A stretch of 64,000 nucleotides of DNA from Eledone cirrhosa (Eukaryota), in assembly GCA_964016885.1 (NCBI GenBank), contig OZ024744.1, positions 99,758,001-99,822,000 on the forward strand. Reading direction: 5' to 3'. Each line of letters starts with the position of its first letter. The first letter of the stretch is position 1. This document shows, piece after piece, positions 53,106 to 64,000 of the stretch. The notes under the pieces are model-generated. The model ran no database searches. It was given only the letters and a program-made list of their open reading frames with translations, and had not been told where the DNA came from. The position numbers were made by a program, and so were the translations under genes.

Positions 53106-54512
53106 TTTTCTACAGCATAGAGTGCTTGGAAAAAATAAATTTCCCTTTTTTTCGGTAGACAAAAATACTCGGAACTGTTGGTGGACCCTTGAGACTTGGA
53201 TAGACCGGGATATCGTAATTTGACTGGTTGTTGAACGACAAACCACACTCCTTTATATAATGTAGTTCAGAACTATTTCACATCCACTAGGAATATAATA
53301 TTGAGCAACTCAAAGAACCTAAGCTAGATAGTCATCTAATCTAGTTTAATTTAGTTTTATTTTGTTTTTTACATGTTTTACACAACTCCCGACCTCCCAT
53401 GGGTACAAGCTGAAACATATAGACAATATGCCCCCACACCCTCCCACTGCAAGGTGGTCGTGGAGGTGCCACGGCAAAAAAGCACCCAGCCCACACTGTA
53501 AAGTGGACATGTAGGCGCCACGGAAAAAAGTACCCAGCACTCACTGTAAATGAGGTTGGTGTTAGGAAGGGCATCCAGCTGTAGAAATCAAGCCAAATCA
53601 GTTCCTGTATGAGCAAGGCATGGTCAGCTGACCAGACACTGCCCACAACAGGACAACCCGTCTAACCCATGCTAGCGTGGAAGAACGGACGTAAAACGGT
53701 GATGATGATGATGATGATGATGACAACTCTATCTTTAGTATCATTAACATAACTTGTATGTATAACTAATTAGTTATAATAACTGTTTTGCATACGTTGT
53801 TTCACCGATCAACTATACTGGCTCTTCTGGTTACTCGGAGCATGAACCTGTGGACGTTTCCTGGAGTGCTTGGAAATAATAGAAATTTCCCTATTCTCAA
53901 TATGAGATTTTATTCGGAAGGGTTCGCGGGTTTATGAGCCTGCCGTGACTGTGAAGCCATTATCTCAGAAGCTAATGAAAGACAAGCCACACTCATTTCT
54001 CTACAAACACAGTGATAGAATTAGACCTTTTATCAAAGATATATTTAATTTTTATATAAATGCTTCCTTCTCCTGATTCTTTAATTAAATCTTAATTTTA
54101 AAGTTTAATTTTTATATTTTTAATCTTTAATCTTAGCTTTAATTTTAACCTTAAAACTTTTAAAGTTCTAAATTCTGAATTCACCCCTCCCCCCACCCTC
54201 CGTCCATTATATTTTTATAGAACTTTATAGTCTGACCCCCAACAGAACATATTTCTCTGTAAGCTGATGTCCTTTACCACTAGCATGTGACCAAATAGCA
54301 AGGTAATAGTAAGCATACAACCCCCTGACCAAACCGGTAAGATAAAATAGATGAAAATACCCACTTGAGGCAGTCAGCCAAACTGACAACAACTGGCCCT
54401 CTTGATCACCTTTGAGTCAAAGACTTTTTTCCTCTCTTTATCTGCTTTCTCTCCTTAGAGCCTCTTGGATTGTGTTTACCATTATTCCTTTATTATATAA
54501 CTATTATGCAAT

Positions 54513-54572
54513 AACACCTGATGATGTCACCAGGATCTTACATAATCTGGCCACTGAAATGTACATAGTGTT
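54513..54572 (+). ncRNA. Type I hammerhead ribozyme
   Basis: aacac-CTGATGA-..ccag..ctgg..-GAAA-tgtaca-TA-gtgtt, then AATAAA. Confidence 0.75.
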
Positions 54573-54771
54573 TGCTGAAATAAATCTTTGAAGGAATTTC
54601 ACCAGTCCAGCCTCCTGTCATTTTACTCAATAATCAACTTCGTTCTCGCGCTACCAACAAGATTCAACATCAAAGATGGACAAGTTGCATAACGTCGAGT
54701 GTTTTTCCTAATATTACATCATGGTTGGCTATATGGAGTGACCGGTTCTATCCAGTGGTGAACCACCAAAC

Positions 54772-54817
<46 letters not shown>

Positions 54818-54971
54818 TTAAGGATACTATTTATGGTTATGTATATACTAAAACTTTTTATAGTTATATATATTTTAAACCCTAAACAATGAAAGACAGT
54901 AATTTATTACTACTTATTACCAGTAAGATAAATAGCTCAATGTAATAACATCAGTTGTTCTACAGAGCAGT

Positions 54972-55592
54972 TATATAGAAATCACATGAATCAAAGTTAT
55001 GTTCAAACCATTTATTAGCTTACAATTGTTTCGTCCAAACCGAGGTTTGGAGTCTTCGGAGCTATTTTTCAATGATTGTTTACATACATGACCTCCTTTC
55101 CAACACAAGAAACATACAGAAACATATGTATATATTGATGCACAGTGGGGTGACATCCATTATAATATTTTAGCATGGCAATTTACATTCAAAAATTAAA
55201 ATCATATTAAAAGAAAATTAAAACAAAATTAAAGTTAAAATACAACATCGGCAGTTTACGAAGATAATGCAGGAGGATAGTTTGAAGTAGTTAGTAGTTA
55301 TCTTCGTAAACTGCCGATGTTGTATTTTAACTTTAATTTTGTTTTAATTTTCTTTTAATATGATTTTAATTTTTGAATGTAAATTGCCTTGCTAAAATAT
55401 TATAATGGATGTCACCCCACTGTGCATCAATATATACATATGTTTCTGTATGTCTCTTGTGTTGGAAAGGAGGTCATGTATGTAAACAATCATTGAAAAA
55501 TAGCTCCGAAGACTCCAAACCTCGGTTTTGAAGAAACAATTGTAAGCTAATAAATGGTTTGAACAGAACTTTGATTCATGTGATTTCTATAT
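54972..55592. repeat. ~620-bp fold-back palindrome with an HHR-like motif in each arm (55016-55064 minus, 55501-55549 plus)
   Basis: Near-perfect ~295-bp arms; tagct-CCGAAGA-ccaaac/gtttgg-GAAA-caattg-TA-agcta. Confidence 0.85.
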
Positions 55593-55605
55593 ATATATAT
55601 ATATA

Positions 55606-55670
<65 letters not shown>

Positions 55671-55896
55671 ATAATGGTTTCTTATATAGGCACAAGGGCA
55701 TCAATTTTGGGAGTGGGGAAAGTCGATTAAATCGACCCCAATGCGTGACTGGTACTTTATTTTATCAACCCCGTAAGGATGAAAGGCAAAGTTAACCTCG
55801 GCAGGATTTGAACTCAGATCAAAAAGGACTGTAACTCTATGATGAAAAACATGGTGTCCGACCCTCTACCGATACTGCCAATCCACCACCCCTATA

Positions 55897-55980
<84 letters not shown>

Positions 55981-56675
55981 TTTACAAGGAGGAGGCTAGC
56001 CCACTGTGCAGGATCTGTGGAGAGAGAGAGGAGACCGTGGCTCACATTGTATCCAAGTGTAAACACCTAGCCCAGACTCACTATAAAAGCTGGAGACATG
56101 ATGTGATGGGCAGGGTGATCCACTGGCACCTGTGCAAAGTAAACAATTTACCACATTCTGAGAAGTGGTATGAGCATAAGCCAGAGTCGGTGATAGAGAA
56201 CGATCAGGTGAAGGTGTTATGGGATTTTAGGATACAGACGGACAAGAAACTGGAACACAATAGACCTGACCTGGTGGTTGTGGACAAAGAAAAAAGATCG
56301 TGCCTGATTGTGGATGTGGCCTGCCCATTTGACACGAGAGTGCAAGAGAAGGAGAGGTAGAAAATTAACCGATACCAGGACTTAAAGTGGGAGGTAAAAA
56401 GGATTTGGAACTGCCATGAAGTCAAAGTGATCCCGATTGTCATAGGCGCACTGGGGACTATCTCCAAAAGTTTCCAGGGATGGTTAAAGAAAATCGGCCC
56501 CTTCACGCTTTTTGGAACGCTTCAAAAGGCATTCTTGCTGGGAACAGCAAGAACCCTCCGATACGTCCTGAATATCTGAAGCTGCAGGTAGTGGCTTGAT
56601 ATTCATTCCAACGGACTTTCCAGTTAACCAACATCAATGACTGAGACTCAAGGAGTAATAACAATAATAATAATA
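55981..56675 (+). mobile_element. Dong/R4-like RLE retrotransposon 3' end in (TAA)n
   Basis: CRICG..ETVAHIVSKC..RHD..LWDFRIQTD..HNRPDLVVVD..DVACP; (AAT)n on both sides. Confidence 0.85.
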
Positions 56676-57454
56676 ATAATAATACAAGGACTATTTGTTA
56701 AGCCTTCATTACGTCTATTGATTGGTGACACGTGTTTCACTCAAGGTTCGATCTGGATATATATAAAACATGATGGTAAGCTAATGCCAGAGCTGTGAAA
56801 TTAATTTCAACTCTTCTTATAAATAACTGCATTATTTCTTTCCAGAGACCATGTTGAAAAGTAAACCACATTTGGTCATTCCATGAGAGTATCTTTGTCA
56901 GTCTATGAACTTTTGAGCCAGCCATCGAATATCCAAGTCGAAGATTATTGAACAAGAACAAAATATAATATATCGCTATCATTGATTCTATTTTTCAGAT
57001 TTTCACTTCAACAGAAATTAGTGTAGAATGGTTGGTATCAGGGTGGGCATTCAACAGCAGTAGCCATGCTAAAGTATGGATGGTATGAGTAAGATCTGGC
57101 TACCTAGCCAATGTGATCCCAGACTGTGACAGCCAGTCCAACGCCAGTGCATTACTGCTACTTTATTTATCAACCACCCAGTAAGGTTCAAAAGCAAGGC
57201 TAACCTTGGTGGGATTTGACCTCAGAACATAAGATGTAACTCTATGCTACAAAACATTGTCTGATGCTCTACCGATACTGTGGTAGTGATGGTGCTAGCA
57301 GTGCTGATGGTGGTGGTGGTGGTGATGCTAAACCCATGGGTGAAATACTGCTGAAACAATACTGCTCTGTTATCATTGATCCTGATATGGTTGATCTGGA
57401 AAGTATCAGTGAGGTTAACCCCTCCAACAAACCACATCTGACATAACCTTCACC

Positions 57455-58030
57455 AATGAATTGAGAGAGAGACTGAGCATAAGAGGAATCAAATGCTGTG
57501 TGCAGGAGAGGCGGTTGCGTTGGTATGGACATGTGATGCGTATGAAGGATGACAGCTTCATAAAAAGGTGCAGAGCAGTAGAAGTCGATGGAAACCCAAG
57601 AAGGCCTGGGATGAGGTGATAAAAGCCGACCTTACCTAATTACACCTCTCAAAGGCGATGACCCACGACCGTGACCTCTGGCGTAACGCAGAGTACCCGA
57701 CCTCCCATGGGAACAAGCCAAAGCTAAAGCATATAGACAATATGTCACTACCCCCTCCCACTGCAAAGTGTTCGTGGAGGTGCCACGGCAAAAAAGGACC
57801 CAGCCCACACTGTAAAGTGGACGTGTAGGCGCCACGGAAAAAGCACCCAGCACTCCCTGTAAATAAGGTTGGTGTTAGGAAGGGCATCCAGCTGTAGAAT
57901 TCAAGCCAAATCAGTTCCTGTATGAGCAAGGCATGGTCAGCCGACCAGACACTGCCCACAACAGGACAACCCGTCTAACCCATGCTAGCATGGAAGAACA
58001 GACGTAAAATAGTGATGATGATGATGATGA
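57455..58030 (+). mobile_element. PHD-RTE LINE 3' fragment plus 3' UTR
   Basis: Near-identical to 32944-33190, followed by family C sequence and (GAT)n. Confidence 0.75.
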
Positions 58031-58619
58031 CTTATCCACCAGTATAAATATATATCATCATTAATGTATTTATGTGTGTATGTATATACACACACACACA
58101 CACGTGTGTGTGAAAGGGTGTGGCTGAGAAACTAGAGAATTGGATTCACAATCGTGAGGTTGTGAGTTCGATTCCCAGACCAGGCGATGCATTATGTCCT
58201 TGAGCAAGACACTTTATTTCATGTTGCTCCTTCTGCCAGGTGTTGTGACCGATAGATAGTATTAGCAATTGGAAAGACCAACGGAAACATTGTTTCCTCG
58301 GTCCAATTTGACGAAAGTCGATTGACTGTCAATATATACGTGCACACACTCACAAGTATTATAGATATATATATAGATATGTATGTAAAAGGTAAACAGA
58401 AATAACAAAACAAACAGCACAGTATATGGCAGGTGCATATTAGTTTAACACTTGAAATAGCAGGAAGAGGGTCTTATGAGAATGAGATATTAGAAAGATT
58501 GAGGGGATGGGCAGGGCAGAATTAGAAAAAGATTTTTAGAGAAAAATAACAGGTCCATTCCTGTTTGCCATCTGACAAACAGAGATAAAAAAAGGTCTTA
58601 TTAATTTCATGTTTTAAAT

Positions 58620-59109
58620 CAGAGGTTATCAAACATTTTGGCCACCACCCACCTCATGGCCACACCTGCAACACCCCCAACCCTATTTCCAGAGACACCT
58701 GCCTATACGCAAATTGTAAATAATATATAATAGATAAAATCATTAATTTATATATAAGGATCGGACGCCATGCTTTGACGCATAGAGTTACGGCCCTTGC
58801 CATTCTGAGTTCAAATCCCGCCAAGGTTAACTTTGCCTTTCATCTTTACAGGGTCGATAAAATAAAGTACCAGTAATGTACTGGTTAATTGCTGGCCTTG
58901 TGCCAATAGTAGAAACGATTAATTTATATATAATAAATGATATTATGTATAAACATGTATTTTTTTATTTTACTATATCTATATATAATATGTATCATTT
59001 GATATTTAATATACTATTATATCATCTCTACCACCCCTTCGGCCACAGTGCTCCCCTGACCTTCTCAACACTCCCCCGGCAGCAATAGCACCTACTTTGA
59101 GAACCTCTG
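58620..59109. mobile_element. hAT-type MITE with nested SINE
   Basis: TIR CAGAGGTTATCAAA/TTTGAGAACCTCTG; degenerate TSD; family A SINE at 58757-58920. Confidence 0.55.
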
Positions 59110-59611
59110 CTTTATATGGAAAAGGGGAAATGAAAGTTCGACATGTCGGGCTTTAGCCCTTTTTCAGGAGTACAAAAAATAAACACAGAAAAAAAGGTAT
59201 TCAGTTGTCAAAAAACGAATATAATTGTTTCTACTTCTGGCACAAGGCCAGCAATTACCCCCAGTGCATTACTGGTGCTTTATTTTAACGACCCCCGTAA
59301 GGATGAAAAGCAAAGTCAACCTCGGCGGGATTTGAACTCAGAACATAAAGGGGCATAAGTCTATACTGCAAAGCATGGCGTTTGATGCTCTACCGATACT
59401 GCCAATCCATGTGTAAACAAGACAAACCGTTTGGTAGTCTTGGTAACAATTTTGGAACACTAAGTAAAATGTGTGTGTATTAGCGTGGACTGTGTGTTTT
59501 TTTGTCGTGACACCTACACGATCTCATTTGTTTCGGCCTCGATGGCGCGGCACCAACATAACTTTACATAGAACGGGGTGGTGTGGATGGGGTGGGGGTG
59601 GTGGTGGTGGG

Positions 59612-59672
<61 letters not shown>

Positions 59673-61157
59673 TGGAGGCACATGGCTTAGTGGATTAGAG
59701 CATTAGAGCATTAGCCTTGCAATCGAAAGGTTGTGAGTTCAATTCTCAGGCCGGGTGATGTGTTGTTTCCTTGAGCAAGAAACTTTATTTCACATTGCTC
59801 CAGCTTACTCAGCTGTAGAAATGCTGCAGAAATGAGATGATATGGTCCATATCATTCCACTGCAAAGTGGTCGTGGAGGTGCCACAGCAAAAAAAGCACC
59901 CAGCACTCACTGTAAATGAGGTTGGTGTTAGGAAGGGCATCCAGCTGTAGAAATCAAGCCAGAATCAGTTCCCGTCCCACCCTTGCAAGCAGGGAAAAGC
60001 AGACGTAAAATGATGATGATGATATATATATATATATACACAAACAAGTGTATTAGGGGGAAAATTTAACTTCTTCCATCCAAAAATCATATTTATTCTC
60101 TTACATATATTTTGAAAGATAAATGAATTTATTCTTCGAAATGTTAGTAAACATTTCACATCATCATCATCATCACCGTTTTACGTCCGTTCTTCCACAC
60201 TAGCATGGGTTAGACGGGTTGTCCTGTTGTGGGCAGTGTCCGGTCAGCTGACCATGCCTTGCTCATACGGAAACTGATTCTGGCTTGATTTCTACAGCTG
60301 GATGCCCTTCCTAACACCAACCTCATTTACAGTGAGTGCTGGGTGCTTTTTCGTGGTGCCTACACGTCCACTTTACAGTGTGGGCTGGGTGCTTTTTTTT
60401 GCCGTGGCATCTCCACGACCACCTTGCGGTGGGGGGCGTGGGGGCATATTTTCTATATGCTTCAGCTTGTACCCATTGGAGGTCGGGTACTCTGTATTAC
60501 TGCGTGACGCCATAGTCATGTCTATCTATAAAGTAAAGAGTAAAGACCCCCTTTGGTCACAAATGACCATGGGATTTGAACCTAGAAAGTTTCTCTCTGA
60601 AGCACAAGTTTAGGCAAGGTTGTTTGAGGAAGACCAGCAGTCACCCCTGCATATCAGCCTCCCCTCTCCAAGCTACAGATGTTGTCCAAGGGAAAAGCAA
60701 AGACCGATACAGCTTGGCACCAGTGACTTCACAACTCATTTCTACAGCTGAGTAAACTGGAGTAACGTGAAATAAAGTGTCTTGCTCAAGAAAAAAATGC
60801 AAAGCCCGGTCCAAGAATCAAACTCACAACCCCACGATTGCAAGCCCAACACTCTAAGGAGTAAGCCATGCACCTTCACTGTCTATCTATAGGTTTAGAT
60901 ATATGGCTACAGAGTCAGATTTTCCTCAGAGAGATGATAAAAGTCTTTATACTGATTAGGGTTGTCAGTGAAACATCGATTTTACCTTTAGCAGTAATGT
61001 TGGGGATAAAGTATATTTAATTGTGGTATGTATTTGTAAATGAATTGTTTGTCTTTATTTATACTCTGTCATTGAATGAAAGAGTTTGAGCATTTGTAGA
61101 ATGTTGAAATTTTGAAGTTGGGTATATCTAATCTTGCACTTGTTGCAATGTGGCTGC

Positions 61158-61385
61158 TTAACCCTTTAGCATTTACATTACTCTATATATACTATTATAT
61201 TTTCATGGTAAAGGCTTTACCTCACATAATTATCTCACATAATATCGAATCTATGAGATTTTGAAAGTATTTATTTTGAGAACAATACCTTAACATCAGT
61301 TTGAGCGACCAGTTACAGCCAGTTTCGACAGAAAGAGGTAGAGAATTCTTGCCGGTTTTGGCCGGTTTGAACACTAAAGGGTTAA
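61158..61385. mobile_element. piggyBac-type MITE (opposite orientation)
   Basis: TTAA-CCCTTTAGCATTTA...CTAAAGGG-TTAA. Confidence 0.8.
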
Positions 61386-61592
61386 AGGGGATTTGTTTCA
61401 TGTTTTCATCATAGATTTGTAGGCAGTGTATGGTCATTCTTTTACGTAATAAAATTCCTGACTGTCTTATGTAATTTTGCAGACATCCACAACTTTTTTT
61501 TATATTTCTTATTTAATATTTGATAAGATTGATGCAGTCATTTTCTCGACACAACTAAAGGGTCCTCCCAACTCTGTGTTTGGCAAGCTTTC

Positions 61593-61654
<62 letters not shown>

Positions 61655-61691
61655 TATATATATATATACATTTATTAAAATAACAGATTAA

Positions 61692-61742
61692 AGTTTAAGC
61701 AAAGAATCGCTGCTTTCACCCTTGACGGGATCTTCTGAAACT
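61692..61742 (-). ncRNA. Hammerhead-like RNA with CAGAAGA core
   Basis: As 42272-42322 with one change in loop II. Confidence 0.6.
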
Positions 61743-61790
61743 CATATCGAGCCATCTTTGGATTTTAGTCTTCAAATTTATTATTATTAC

Positions 61791-61822
<32 letters not shown>

Positions 61823-62176
61823 CATGTAATCGAAAGGTTGTGAGTTCAATTCTCAGACCGGGTGATGTGTTGTTTCCTTGAGCAAGACACTTTATGTCAC
61901 ATTGCTCCAGTTTACTCAGCTGTAGAAATGAGATGATAGGGACTGGGGTCACTATCATTCCACTGCAAAGTGGTCGTGTAGGTGCCACGGCAAAAAAGCA
62001 CCCAGCACTGACTGTAAATGAGGTTGGTGTTAGGAAGGGCATCCAGCTGTAGAAATCAAGCCAGCATCAGTTCCCGTCCCACCCTTGCAAGCAGGGAAAA
62101 AGCGGACGTAAAATGATGATGATGATATATATATATATATATACATACATATACATATATATATATATATATATAC

Positions 62177-62221
<45 letters not shown>

Positions 62222-62289
62222 TATATATATATATATGCATATTATATATATACATACATGTAGAAAGTGAACAACACAACATATAACTA

Positions 62290-62357
62290 CTCCATTACCA
62301 AAGGTTTCTGGATCCCAGACAATAATAATATATGTCTGGATCGGTCATCAGACAGAG
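62290..62357 (-). ncRNA. Type I hammerhead ribozyme
   Basis: Minus strand: ctctgt-CTGATGA-..gatccagaca/tgtctgggatc..-GAAA-cc ttt gg-TA-atggag. Confidence 0.7.
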
Positions 62358-62376
62358 ATGTTATGAATAGAAAATA

Positions 62377-62421
<45 letters not shown>

Positions 62422-62423
<2 letters not shown>

Positions 62424-63600
62424 CGGTCCCTTCTGGGAAATGGTCGTGCTCGGTATGTAGGAAAGGCGTAGGTAGAAACTCCATCTTATGTCCTAAATGC
62501 AAAGTATGGGTGCATAAAAGATGTAGTGGGATCACAGGTAAGCTAACTAAGAACATAGACTTTACATGTGGCCGATGTTCTGGTGCAATAAGTAGCAGCA
62601 AGTGCCCACAAAATACTAGCTCTTTCAATTGCGCAGAGGGTTCTATAGAAATAGTGGACAGCTTCCGTTACCTGGGCGATAAAATCAGCAGTGGGGGAGG
62701 GTGCTCTGAAAGTACTGTAGCTAGAGTCAGAACAGGTTGGAAAAAGTTCAGAGAGCTTATACCACTATTAGCTGCTAAAGGGTTCTCCCTAAAAATGAAA
62801 GGCAGGTTGTACGATGCCTGCATACGAACAGCAATGTTGCATGGTAGTGAGACCTGGGCATTGTGTGCAGAGGATATACGCAGACTAGAGAGGAACGAAG
62901 CTTGCATGCTCCGCTGGATGTGTAACAGTAATATACGTGAACGGCAAAGCATAAACGAACTAAGGAAAAAATTAGAGATAAGAGGGATCAGATGTTGTTT
63001 ACTCGAGAGAAGGCTGCGTTGGTATGGACACGTGATGCGCATGAAAGTCGATAGCTGTATTACAAAGTGCAGGGCAATAAAGATAGACGGTAGCCACGGA
63101 ATAGGCAGACCTAGAAAAACATGGGATGAGCTGATAAACTCCAACCTCATACACTTACACCTCTCCAAGACAATGTCACTGGACCGTGACCTTTGGCGGT
63201 ACTCAGTAACAGAGAAGACCCGCCTTGCCAGTAGGCATCTCTAACAAACTACACCCCGTCCCGCCACCACCCCCACCCCATCCACACCACCCCGTTCCAT
63301 GTAAAGTTATGTTGGTGCCGCGCCATCCAGGCCGAAACAAACGAGATCGTGTAGGTGTCACGACAAAAAACACACAGTCCACGCTGTAATGTGGCCGTGT
63401 AGGCAACACGGTAAAAACCTCCCAGACCCACACTGTAAATGTGGTTGGTGTTAGGAAGGGCATCCAACTGTAGAAAACCTGCCAGACAGTCCTATGCGAG
63501 CAAGACAATCACTCTTGCCTCAAGTGGGACTACCCCCGTCCAAACCCATGCAAGCGTGGAACACGGACGTTAAACGTTGATGATGATGATGATGATGATA
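62422..63600 (+). mobile_element. PHD-RTE LINE 3' part plus 3' UTR
   Basis: Open frame GKWSCSVC..WVHKRC..FRYLGD..MLHGSETW..RLRWYGHV; (GAT)n tail. Confidence 0.85.
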
Positions 63601-63603
63601 TAT

Positions 63604-63927
63604 ATCCAGGGGGTGTAACTAGGAGTTACTGCAGGTTCACCCGGGAGAGCACTCGATGTTTAGGTTCACTTCTGTGATGAGGTGTAGAGCTATACAGAGT
63701 GTAATATATTGAAAGGATAAAAAGGACGATTGATTATTCCTTCATTGCATTTATTGATAGGTGACACGTGTTTCGCCACTGATCAGCTCAAGGTTCGATC
63801 TATTTATTGAGTCGGGTAGGATCGATATAGATCGAACCTTGAGCTGATCAGTGACGAAACGCGCGTCACATATCAATAAATGCAATGAAGGAATAATCAA
63901 TCGTCCTTTTTATCCTTTCAATATATA
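63604..63927. repeat. PLE-type element with fold-back palindrome (63704-63927) and HHR 3' halves
   Basis: GAAA-cacgtg-TC-acct (minus) and GAAA-cgcgcg-TC-ac (plus); family of 3958-4255. Confidence 0.75.
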
Positions 63928-64000
63928 TATATATAAAATATGTAGTTTAGAAAGCCACAACAATGCAGATGGGAAATCTCGAGGTAAGAAGTGAGTGAGA

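Noticed and set aside
53785-53835. CAGAAGA..GAAA motif on the minus strand
   Set aside because: No convincing stem I
57264-57446. Protein-like ORF (..GEILLKQYCSVIIDPDMVDLESISEV..)
   Set aside because: Starts inside a SINE and has no recognisable domain or clear splice context
58115-58190. tRNA-like sequence with A/B boxes
   Set aside because: It is the head of a multi-copy SINE, not a complete tRNA gene
59137-59171. HHR-like CTGAAAA-gggc taaa gccc-GACA-tgtc on the minus strand
   Set aside because: Both core boxes are mutated; at best a dead remnant

Overview
AT-rich, microsatellite-saturated eukaryotic DNA. The repeat repertoire suggests a cephalopod, probably octopus; this is an inference. 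No host protein-coding gene could be confidently identified, and most ORF-track entries are microsatellite or antisense artefacts. The window is a mosaic of decayed non-LTR retrotransposons (CR1, RTE including a PHD-finger RTE, Tx1/L1, R4/Dong-type RLE), tRNA-type SINEs, hAT and piggyBac MITEs, a Helitron-like element, and Penelope-like elements (PLEs) with RT plus GIY-YIG. The main hidden signal is about 30 type I hammerhead-ribozyme (HHR) motifs, counting intact, variant and partial copies, all found by eye. They belong to many unrelated short PLE/retrozyme-like families. Most sit in fold-back palindromes of one polarity, embedded in (TA)n. They include a 464-bp tandem retrozyme-like array and a four-copy family with a conserved non-canonical CAGAAGA core. 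Coordinates were read manually and element ends are approximate.
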